Shown here in pieces: positions 1 to 7,380 of a stretch of DNA of 63,761 nt. How positions within the stretch are numbered: position 1 is the stretch's first letter; every line of letters starts with the position of its first letter. The DNA lies in the NCBI GenBank assembly GCA_934446095.1, contig CAKSDR010000002.1, forward strand, positions 1 through 63,761, in the 5' to 3' direction. This stretch comes from an uncultured Eubacteriales bacterium (GTDB lineage Bacteria; Bacillota; Clostridia; Oscillospirales; CAG-382). The position numbers were made by a program, and so were the translations under genes. The notes below the pieces were generated by a model that was not told the DNA's origin, did no database searches, and saw only the letters and a list, made by a program, of their open reading frames with translations.

Positions 1-407
1 ACAGAGAACTTACCTTTTGGGGAAGGTTTGAAAAACCGTCGGAGCAGATAGAACTTCCGTCGGAATATACCATGACCCATGACTTGGTTCTGCTGCAAAA
101 CGCTATTTTGCAGGTGCTTGCAAGAACCGAGAACAGCGAAGTTACAGAGGCTGAAAAAGAACATAATCTTGAGGAACATCTGCACGCTACTCAGAAAACA
201 AGCGTTGAAGAAAAAATAAACTTTGTTGTTAAAAGAATTGAAAAAAACGGAAAGTGCAAACTTTGTCAACTGTTTGAAAATGTGAAGACGAGAGATGAAG
301 TGGTTGCAACTTTTCTTGCTCTGCTTGAACTCATAAAAACGATGGCAGTCAGTGTAAAATATAACAGTTCGGATTATTCAGACTGCGACATAGAACTTTG
401 TAAATAA
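1..407 (+). CDS. scpA: Segregation and condensation protein A (ScpA), C-terminal part; the 5' end lies left of the window
   Basis: The frame is open from base 3, with no stop before the first listed Met at 72. C-terminal motif DEVVATFLALLELIK is typical of ScpA. scpB follows directly. Confidence 0.8.
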   Translation, partial: RELTFWGRFEKPSEQIELPSEYTMTHDLVLLQNAILQVLARTENSEVTEAEKEHNLEEHLHATQKTSVEEKINFVVKRIEKNGKCKLCQLFENVKTRDEVVATFLALLELIKTMAVSVKYNSSDYSDCDIELCK

Positions 408-439
408 AAATAACGCAAAATCAGGGTGGAAATAAGGAC

Positions 440-1114
440 TTGAAAAAAGATAATATTGATGAAAATATTAAAACCGATGACAAAAACGAATTATGCGATA
501 TCGAGTATGTATCTCTTGCGTGCGAGGCGGTACTGTTTGCCGTCGGAAGCGCTGTTTCTTTTGATAAAATCGCGCTTGCAATAGGCACGGATCCGGAGGT
601 TATCCCTGCGGCTTTGGAAAAATTGAAAGAAAAATATGAGAAAATACCTTTTGCAACAGAGCTTGTAATATATGACGGATATGCCCAGTTTGTTACAAGA
701 AGCGAATACGGGGAAATTGTAAGAAAATCGCTTGAACTGAGGAAGAATCAGCCTCTGTCAAGGGCAGCGCTTGAAGTGCTTGCTATTATTGCATATAATC
801 AGCCGTGTACAAGGGCTTTTATAGACAAGGTTCGCGGGGTTGAGTCGCCGTCGGTTGTAGGTTCTCTTGCGGAAAAGGGTCTTATTGAGGAAAAGGGAAG
901 ACTTGACGCCCCGGGGAAACCTGTTTTGTATGGCACAACTTATGTTTTTCTGAGAACTTTCGGACTTACAAGCATCGATGAACTTTCAAAGTTTCCGGAA
1001 CTTGAACAAATACAAAAAGAATATGCGGCGCAGTTTGAAAAAGATCAGGATATTCAGCAGGAAATGGATATAGGTGACGGAAAATTGTCAGAGAATACGG
1101 ATAATGAAAATTAA
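440..1114 (+). CDS. scpB: Segregation and condensation protein B (ScpB)
   Basis: TTG start preceded by purine-rich AGGGTGGAAATAAGGA. ScpB signature LSRAALEVLAIIAYNQPCTRAFIDKVRGV...GKPVLYGTT..FL..FGL. Sits next to scpA. Confidence 0.9.
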   Translation: MKKDNIDENIKTDDKNELCDIEYVSLACEAVLFAVGSAVSFDKIALAIGTDPEVIPAALEKLKEKYEKIPFATELVIYDGYAQFVTRSEYGEIVRKSLELRKNQPLSRAALEVLAIIAYNQPCTRAFIDKVRGVESPSVVGSLAEKGLIEEKGRLDAPGKPVLYGTTYVFLRTFGLTSIDELSKFPELEQIQKEYAAQFEKDQDIQQEMDIGDGKLSENTDNEN

Positions 1115-1128
1115 AGGGGAGAAAAACG

Positions 1129-1575
1129 ATGAAACTTTTTATAGCGTGCGACCATGCCGGAATTGAACTTAAAGATGAAATAAAAAAATACCTTTCCGAA
1201 AAGGGATATGACGTTGCGGATCTCGGCATAAATACAGGTGAAAAAATAGATTATCCGATAAGTGCGGAAAGGGTAGCAAGAAAAGTTGCCGAAGAACACG
1301 ACTCTCTCGGAATTTTAATATGCGGAACCGGAATTGGAATGTCTATTTCCGCAAATAAGGTAAAAGGAATAAGGGCAGCGGCTGTCAGCGAAGTTTACAG
1401 CGCAAAGTATACAAGACTTCACAATGATGCAAATATAATTTGCATAGGAGCGAGAGTAATCGGCGTTGAAACGGCAAAAATGATCGTTGATGCGTTCGTT
1501 GAAACTCCTTTTGAGGGCGGAAGACATGAAAACAGGGTAAACCTCATAAAGAAACTTGAGGAAAATTTTCGCTGA
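1129..1575 (+). CDS. rpiB: Ribose-5-phosphate isomerase B (RpiB/LacAB family)
   Basis: MKLFIACDHAG start and GILICGTGIGMSISANK motif. RBS AAAGGGGAG lies 7 nt upstream. Confidence 0.9.
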   Translation: MKLFIACDHAGIELKDEIKKYLSEKGYDVADLGINTGEKIDYPISAERVARKVAEEHDSLGILICGTGIGMSISANKVKGIRAAAVSEVYSAKYTRLHNDANIICIGARVIGVETAKMIVDAFVETPFEGGRHENRVNLIKKLEENFR

Positions 1576-1578
1576 CTT

Positions 1579-3006
1579 ATGAAAATAAAAGTTTTTTCGG
1601 CACTTTTAACTTTGTTGCTTTTGTTACAGATGTGCTCGTGCGCATATGACAAATCCGCTTCTGAGGATAAAACCGGCGGCAGAGAAAACGGGGTTCAGTT
1701 TCGAAAAGACGGCGGAGAACCGTCATCGCATGATATCGCCGATTATTCGGGAAGGGACTTTGTTGTCGCATCGTCAGACGCCGATTTTGTAAAGCCTGAT
1801 TCGGACGTCGGGATAATCAATGAGGCGCTTTATAAAAGAAATAAAAATTTAAGTGAGAAGTATAATGTGAACATTTCGGTGATAAAAGCCGGAACTGCAG
1901 AAATAAATACAAATCTTCAGGCGGCATATAATGCCGGAACCGAGTATTGCAATGCGCTGTATGTTCCCATGAAAAACATATCCGGATTCGCGTCACAGGA
2001 ACTGCTGCTTAACATTTATTCAATTCCTTTTGTAAAACTCGAAGAAGAATATATGTATCCCTCGAGAATAAAAGAAACGTCGGTAAGAGATACTCTTTAT
2101 GGGCTTTATTCCGCCGCTGCGCTTGACGACAGGTTTATGTGGTGCGTGTATTATAATAAAGACGTTTATTCTTCTCTGGGGTTTGAAAATCCGTATGAAC
2201 TTGTGAAAAACGGCGACTGGACATGGGAAAAATTTCTAAGTTACAGCGACAGCGCAAGGGCGGATCTTGACGGAAACGGCCGAATACTTAGAAAAACAGA
2301 CAGATTCGGACATGCCGCCGCGGGTAATACACTTGATTTTGTAAACGCAGTATTCGCATCAATCGGTGGAAAATTTTTTTCATTTGATGAAAACGGATTT
2401 CCTTACATGGATTATTATGATTTTGCAGACAGCAATATGGATCTTATAAGCCGGATATGCAGTAAAAGCCGGTCGCTGTATCCTGCCGAGAATCCCGGCA
2501 ATGAAGCGGCAGAGGCTTTTCTTGACGGAAGAAGTTTATTTTTCTGCGATAGTCTTTTATATTGCTCGTATTTTGCAAACATGCAGGATGAATATGGCAT
2601 ATTGCCTATGCCGAAACTGTCCGAAGAAGATGACTATAAAACATATGTTGATGAAGACGTGTGCGGATTTGCTTTTCCGAACACAAATTCCGATACCGGT
2701 TTTCTCGGAAACATAATTAACGGTCTGTATTCCTCGTCTTATGATACGTTAAAAGACTGCGTTAAAAAAAGTTGGACGAGAAATTATCTGCGTGACAATG
2801 ATTCCGCAGTAATGTTTGACTATATTACAAAAAATCCGGTTTATGATCTAGCTTATATCCACGGTACCGGCATGCCGGAATTTGCGAATGCGTCGTATAA
2901 AATTCTGCAATCCGCAGTTCAGGGAAAAGTGAGATTAAAAAGCGCATATAATCAAAACAGCGGTCCGTTTTATAATTTTGCAAAAGAAGAATTTATAAAC
3001 GGATAA
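1579..3006 (+). CDS. Putative lipoprotein resembling large family-1 extracellular solute-binding proteins (LplA-like); no permease genes adjacent
   Basis: Signal peptide MKIKVFSALLTLLLLLQMCSC with Cys near the cleavage region. Size is about 475 aa. GDWTWEKFL and DLDGNG...DRFG motifs are common in CUT1-type binding proteins. Confidence 0.55.
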   Translation: MKIKVFSALLTLLLLLQMCSCAYDKSASEDKTGGRENGVQFRKDGGEPSSHDIADYSGRDFVVASSDADFVKPDSDVGIINEALYKRNKNLSEKYNVNISVIKAGTAEINTNLQAAYNAGTEYCNALYVPMKNISGFASQELLLNIYSIPFVKLEEEYMYPSRIKETSVRDTLYGLYSAAALDDRFMWCVYYNKDVYSSLGFENPYELVKNGDWTWEKFLSYSDSARADLDGNGRILRKTDRFGHAAAGNTLDFVNAVFASIGGKFFSFDENGFPYMDYYDFADSNMDLISRICSKSRSLYPAENPGNEAAEAFLDGRSLFFCDSLLYCSYFANMQDEYGILPMPKLSEEDDYKTYVDEDVCGFAFPNTNSDTGFLGNIINGLYSSSYDTLKDCVKKSWTRNYLRDNDSAVMFDYITKNPVYDLAYIHGTGMPEFANASYKILQSAVQGKVRLKSAYNQNSGPFYNFAKEEFING

Positions 3007-3037
3007 AAAACATCGGTACAAAAAACTTGTACCGATG
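3005..3037. terminator. Bidirectional intrinsic terminator between the convergent genes 1579-3006 and 3044-3268
   Basis: Perfect 11-bp stem CATCGGTACAA / TTGTACCGATG (3011-3021 / 3027-3037) with a 5-nt loop. An A-run on the left gives a U-run on the minus strand. Confidence 0.7.
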
Positions 3038-3043
3038 CCGAAT

Positions 3044-3268
3044 TTATGCTTCTTCGCGGTCAGAGATGACATTTCTGCTTCTGAAAAGAAGAGATATGCA
3101 CCAAAGTCCCGCAAGACCGACTACCACATATATTATTCTGCTTACAAGCGCATCCTGACCGCCGAAGAGCCAGGCTACAATATCAAAACTGAAAAGGCCT
3201 ATGCTTCCCCAGTTTAATGCGCCTATAATTGAAAGAATAAGAGCAATTCTGTCAAGCATTTGTTTCAC
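3044..3268 (-). CDS. DUF378-family small membrane protein (YuzA-like)
   Basis: 74 aa with two TM helices. ALNWG..G.F..D.VA.LFG motif is characteristic of DUF378. RBS AAGGAG lies 8 nt upstream. Confidence 0.75.
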   Translation of the reverse strand: MKQMLDRIALILSIIGALNWGSIGLFSFDIVAWLFGGQDALVSRIIYVVVGLAGLWCISLLFRSRNVISDREEA

Positions 3269-3433
3269 TCCTTATATAAAACATTTGATGTTTTTGGGGT
3301 TATAAAGACAAATTTTTTATCAAAATCATGATTGATTCCGGGTATTTGGTATCGATAAAAAATCTGACGGTATTATTTTTGTCATAAGTTAAAAATTTAT
3401 TCAGCGTAATATTTTGAAAAGGAATATAAAAAA

Positions 3434-4072
3434 GTGAGAATGAGGAAGAAAAAACATGCCGGCGAAAGAATCGAGGCATGCGGAAATTTGCTTATAAAAG
3501 AGCCGTGTACAATGATGGGAAATTGGGAAAAAATTTCCGGCGGAAAAAATATATGTCTTGAAATAGGCTGCGGCAAAGGAACATTTATCTGCGAAAGCGC
3601 AAAAAAACATCCGAAAAAATTTTTTGTTGCAATGGAAAAGGTAAGAGATGTTCTTGTTATGGCAATGGAAAAAGCAAAAAGGGATGAAATTTCGAATATT
3701 GCTTTTATGGACGCAGACGCAGAGAATATCTGCAAAATATTTGCTGAGAATGAGGTTTGTGAAATATATCTTAATTTTTCGGATCCGTGGCCGAAAGCAA
3801 GACATGCGAAAAGAAGACTTACATACAGAACATTTCTTGAAAGATACAAGACTGTGTTAAATTCGCAGGGCGTAATATATTTTAAAACCGACAACAGGGG
3901 CTTGTTTGATTTTTCACTTGAAGAATTGAGATATTGCAATTTTGCTCTTTCGGATATTACATATGACTTGCATAATTCGGAATATAACGAAAATAATATT
4001 CAGACCGAATATGAAAAAAATTTTTCAGCGAAAGGTTTTTCAATAAACAGAGTAGTTGCAAGGGTACAATAA
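3434..4072 (+). CDS. trmB: tRNA (guanine46-N7)-methyltransferase TrmB
   Basis: SAM-binding EIGCGKGTF and NFSDPWPKARHAKRRL motifs. GTG start as given in the ORF track; ATG at 3440 is an alternative. Confidence 0.88.
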   Translation: MRMRKKKHAGERIEACGNLLIKEPCTMMGNWEKISGGKNICLEIGCGKGTFICESAKKHPKKFFVAMEKVRDVLVMAMEKAKRDEISNIAFMDADAENICKIFAENEVCEIYLNFSDPWPKARHAKRRLTYRTFLERYKTVLNSQGVIYFKTDNRGLFDFSLEELRYCNFALSDITYDLHNSEYNENNIQTEYEKNFSAKGFSINRVVARVQ

Positions 4073-4076
4073 ACGA

Positions 4077-4107
4077 AAAGTCTTTGCCGTTTCGGCAAAG
4101 ACTTTTT
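4077..4107. terminator. Bidirectional intrinsic terminator (trmB / cis-prenyltransferase, convergent)
   Basis: Stem AAAGTCTTTGCCG / CGGCAAAGACTTT with a 3-nt loop. Flanked by A-run and T-run. Confidence 0.75.
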
Positions 4108-4131
4108 CATATTTCAAATTTTTTGTTTTGC

Positions 4132-4845
4132 TTATTTGCCTTTATTTATGCGCACTTTGCTGTAGTACTGGTTTATAACGTCGTCGAACATTTCTCTTGT
4201 AAGATCAGGCCAGAGAGTATCAAGAAAATATAGTTCTGAATACGCGGTCTGAAACGGGAAGAAGCCGCTTAGCCTTTTATCTCCGCCCGTACGTATTACA
4301 AGGTCGATATCCGGCGCATCGCCGAGATCAAGGTATGAACGGATAGTATCCTGATTTATGTCGTCGATGTTAAGTTTTCCGTCTTTTACATCGGCGGCAA
4401 TTTTTTTTGCCATTCTTACATATTCGTCGCGTCCGCCGTAACTTACGGCGGCATGTATCGTATGTTCATGAAGGTCTGACGTTACTTTTTCAGCCTCGTG
4501 CAGAACGTCCTGCGAACGCTTGCTCATAAGCGACCAGTCACCCACGATATGTATTTTTGCCTTGTTCTGAATGCAATAATTAATCTTTTTTACATAAAAA
4601 TTTTCCATTAATCTGAAAAGGCCTTCAGTTTCGAATTTGCTTCTGTTCCAGTTTTCGTAGGAAAATGCAAAGACGGTTACATGTTCAATATCATAGTCGC
4701 GGCACCATTCGCAAAATTCGACGAATTTTTCTGCACCGCGTTCATGTCCGCCGAGAATAGTTTCTAAAAGATGTGCTTTCGCCCATCTTCTGTTTCCGTC
4801 CATTATAACGCCTATATTTCTGATTTTTTGAGCCTTCAATGTCAT
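4132..4845 (-). CDS. uppS: cis-Prenyltransferase of the undecaprenyl-diphosphate synthase (UppS) family
   Basis: IMDGNRRWA, FAFSYENWNR and IRTGGDKRLS motifs (catalytic Asp and the R..R.S IPP-binding triad). Confidence 0.82.
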   Translation of the reverse strand: MTLKAQKIRNIGVIMDGNRRWAKAHLLETILGGHERGAEKFVEFCEWCRDYDIEHVTVFAFSYENWNRSKFETEGLFRLMENFYVKKINYCIQNKAKIHIVGDWSLMSKRSQDVLHEAEKVTSDLHEHTIHAAVSYGGRDEYVRMAKKIAADVKDGKLNIDDINQDTIRSYLDLGDAPDIDLVIRTGGDKRLSGFFPFQTAYSELYFLDTLWPDLTREMFDDVINQYYSKVRINKGK

Positions 4846-4854
4846 TCCCTCCCG

Positions 4855-5892
4855 TTACTTTTTTCTTTCTATAAGAAAATTGAGAATTTCGTTAAGTTTT
4901 TGCTTTGAGTTTTCGCAGAAAACCGAGGTGTTGATACAAGAACGCGCTTTTTCGGAGTATTCCGCACACAATTTTTCCGCATAGCAAAGAGAACCGCAAT
5001 TTCGCAGCAGTTCCTGAACCTTTGCAAGTTCGTCTTTGCCTGAGGTTTCTTTCCCGTAAATTTCGAAGAAAGCATTCTTGTCCCTTTCCGAAGCATTCCT
5101 TATAAAATGCGCGGTAAGGATAGTTTTTTTGCCTTCGCGCATGTCCGAAAGCGTGGTTTTTCCGGAACTGCTTTCATCGGAAAAAATTCCTATAATATCG
5201 TCTTTTATCTGAAACGCTATTCCTATATTGTCGCCCGCATTTAAAATATCCGGGTACATTTTATCATATTCCTGTGCAAAAGCGCTCCCTAAAAGCAGCG
5301 GACCCGTCGATGTATAGCGCGCGGTTTTGAATTTGTAAAGATTTATAATGTCTTCTTCGAAATAATCTTCGGAACTTGAAGAAAGTTTTATATCATAAAG
5401 CTGACCTGCGATTGTCTGGGTGGAAATTCTGTTCAGAATTTTTGCCGCAAAAGCGCAGACGTCGCTCGGAAAATCACTTGAAAGGATCATATCGTTTCCG
5501 GCAATTATTCCAAAGTCGCCGAAACATACGGCGCAGGATTCTCCCGTATGCCCTCCTCCGAATTCCATGTGAACTGCCGGTTTTCCTCTTCGCAGCGGAC
5601 TGTTATCCATAACATCGTCCTGGGCAAGAATGCCGGTCTGCATTATTTCTATAGCGCAGCATGGCAAATATATTCTTTCATCGGCAATTTTTCCTCCGAG
5701 TTCATATCCGAGTTTTATAAAATATGCCCGAAGTCTTTTTCCGCCCTCGCAGTGTCTTAAAAACATTTTATAGAAGTCTGTCATAAGACTGTCGCAGTCA
5801 TATTTTTTAAACAAAATGTCAGAGTTTTTGCCGCAAAGAATTTTATCTGTGTTTTTAACGAATTTTCTGTAGTCTGATAAAAAAGAATACAT
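4855..5892 (-). CDS. trans-Polyprenyl diphosphate synthase (short-chain FPP/GGPP synthase-like)
   Basis: First Asp-rich motif is DDVMD followed by RRGKP; the second motif is KDDIIG. Start moved to ATG 5892 (MYSFL), which has RBS AAAGGGG 7 nt upstream. The ORF-track extension to 5955 overlaps a consensus promoter. Confidence 0.8.
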   Translation of the reverse strand: MYSFLSDYRKFVKNTDKILCGKNSDILFKKYDCDSLMTDFYKMFLRHCEGGKRLRAYFIKLGYELGGKIADERIYLPCCAIEIMQTGILAQDDVMDNSPLRRGKPAVHMEFGGGHTGESCAVCFGDFGIIAGNDMILSSDFPSDVCAFAAKILNRISTQTIAGQLYDIKLSSSSEDYFEEDIINLYKFKTARYTSTGPLLLGSAFAQEYDKMYPDILNAGDNIGIAFQIKDDIIGIFSDESSSGKTTLSDMREGKKTILTAHFIRNASERDKNAFFEIYGKETSGKDELAKVQELLRNCGSLCYAEKLCAEYSEKARSCINTSVFCENSKQKLNEILNFLIERKK

Positions 5893-5926
5893 AGCCTGCC
5901 CCTTTAAACAATATATTAACAAATAA

Positions 5927-5955
5927 ATTTTACCATATTGTTCATATATTTTCAA
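5927..5955 (-). promoter_or_regulatory. Sigma-A type promoter for the prenyltransferase pair
   Basis: On the minus strand: TTGAAA, 17 nt, TAAAAT, with extended -10 TG (TGGTAAAAT). Confidence 0.55.
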
Positions 5956-5974
5956 GCGCAGTTTAAAATAAAGT

Positions 5975-6005
5975 AAAAAAGGGTTCCGTCAAAATTTCGG
6001 AACCC
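5975..6005 (-). terminator. Intrinsic terminator downstream of the small ORF 6017-6220
   Basis: Stem GGGTTCCG / CGGAACCC (5981-5988 / 5998-6005). On the minus strand it is followed by TTTTTT. Confidence 0.7.
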
Positions 6006-6016
6006 TTAATGAAAAG

Positions 6017-6220
6017 TTATTTGGATTTTGATTTTGTTTTTGCCCTGTCTTTTTTTGAAAGAGGAGTTGTAGGTATATTACCCTGAATTTTTGAAAGGTT
6101 ATTTGCTTCATAATTTGTCTGCACGGCAGTATTCACATACCCTGTTGCCTCGTTTACACTTGCTACCGGGTTTGTTAAAAACGCGTCTTTTGAAGGATGG
6201 TTTTTATTTTTCTTTGACAT
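6017..6220 (-). CDS. Small (67 aa) basic Asn/Thr/Lys-rich hypothetical protein
   Basis: ORF with RBS AGAGGTGA 5 nt before ATG 6220 (MSKKNKNH...). It has its own terminator. No family was recognised. Confidence 0.5.
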   Translation of the reverse strand: MSKKNKNHPSKDAFLTNPVASVNEATGYVNTAVQTNYEANNLSKIQGNIPTTPLSKKDRAKTKSKSK

Positions 6221-6342
6221 TTTAATCACCTCTGTGAATTTATTATTCCTGATTTTATATCAAATATGCAAAAAATACCGCGCGGAAATTTTTGATTTTC
6301 GGCATCTGTCCGGCTTTGAATTTGCGGCAAAAAACGGCATAG

Positions 6343-6371
6343 TTGCAATTTTTGAAAATATATGTTATAAT
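6343..6371 (+). promoter_or_regulatory. Sigma-A type promoter upstream of the SleB-like hydrolase gene
   Basis: TTGCAA, 17 nt, TATAAT, with extended -10 (TGTTATAAT). Confidence 0.55.
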
Positions 6372-6435
6372 AACCAAGTATGTGTGTTTAGATGATTAGA
6401 AAATAATCTATTTTGAATGAAAGGACAGAGTAAAA

Positions 6436-7275
6436 ATGAAGAAAATAATACCTGTTATAATTTTTTTATTAGCAGTATTATCGTTATTTTCCGTCAGCGC
6501 AGAACATTATAATATTGACGGCTATGAAGTCCCCATCGATATAATTATAAACGGGCAATACTTAAAAACAGATAATGAAAGGGCTTTCATAGAAAACAAT
6601 ACAACTTTCGTTCCGCTGCGGACAATAAGCGAAGCGGTGGGAGCAAAAGTTTTGTGGGACGGAAAGACGAAATGCGCAAATGTAACGAAAGGAGAACTGA
6701 AAATAAAGTTTAACGACGCAAGCGATACCGTTTCTGTAGGAAAAACCGTATTGCCGTGCGTGCTGCAGATCTATAACGGGACGCTGTATATTCCTGTAAG
6801 AACGTTTACCGATATTTTCGGATACAAGGTAAATTATGACAACTATTATTATCAGGTAAATATAACTGCGGAAAACGTGACAGTGCCTGCCGATAAAACG
6901 GTTGTGTCATATACTCCCGACGACATGCTTTGGCTCGGAAAAATCGTAAGAGCCGAAAGCGGAGGAGAAAGTTTTGCTTCTCAACTCGCCGTTGCAAATG
7001 TTATTTTAAACAGAGTCAACCACTATTCGTTTCCGAATACCATACTGGAAGTAATATTTGATAAAAGGCACGGAATACAATTTTCACCCGCATACAACGG
7101 AAAAATTTACAATGTTCCGACCAACACAAATATTGCGGCGGCAAAATGCGCCATGTATGGGGCAAATAATATAGGAAACAGCCTGTATTTTAATCTTGCA
7201 AAACATAAAAATTCATGGGTTGCTCAGAACAGGCAACTCTTTGCAGTAATAGGCAAACAGGCATTTTATTTATAA
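6436..7275 (+). CDS. Secreted cell-wall hydrolase of the SleB/CwlJ family (Hydrolase_2) with an N-terminal copper-amine-oxidase-like stalk domain
   Basis: Signal peptide present. TFVPLRTISEAVGAKV..W is the stalk-domain motif. C-terminal LGKIVRAESGGES...VANVILNRV...FSP is typical of the SleB catalytic domain. Confidence 0.8.
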   Translation: MKKIIPVIIFLLAVLSLFSVSAEHYNIDGYEVPIDIIINGQYLKTDNERAFIENNTTFVPLRTISEAVGAKVLWDGKTKCANVTKGELKIKFNDASDTVSVGKTVLPCVLQIYNGTLYIPVRTFTDIFGYKVNYDNYYYQVNITAENVTVPADKTVVSYTPDDMLWLGKIVRAESGGESFASQLAVANVILNRVNHYSFPNTILEVIFDKRHGIQFSPAYNGKIYNVPTNTNIAAAKCAMYGANNIGNSLYFNLAKHKNSWVAQNRQLFAVIGKQAFYL

Positions 7276-7301
7276 TAACAAAACATGCATATATGTAAAA
7301 G

Positions 7302-7333
7302 GAACCGTAAACTCAATTTACGGTTCATTTTTT
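7302..7333. terminator. Intrinsic terminator between the convergent hydrolase gene and the ABC operon
   Basis: 10-bp stem GAACCGTAAA / TTTACGGTTC, loop CTCAA, then ATTTTTT. Confidence 0.7.
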
Positions 7334-7380
7334 ACAATAAAATGTCAGTCAAGGCTTTTTACATCTTGTTTCCGGTGTTT

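Noticed and set aside
5188-5202. The second Asp-rich motif of the trans-prenyl synthase reads DDIIG instead of DDxxD, which might suggest an inactive enzyme.
   Set aside because: As far as I recall, the DDxxG variant followed by ..GK is normal in a subgroup of short-chain prenyl diphosphate synthases (actinobacterial Ids-type). The first motif (DDVMD) and RRGKP are intact.
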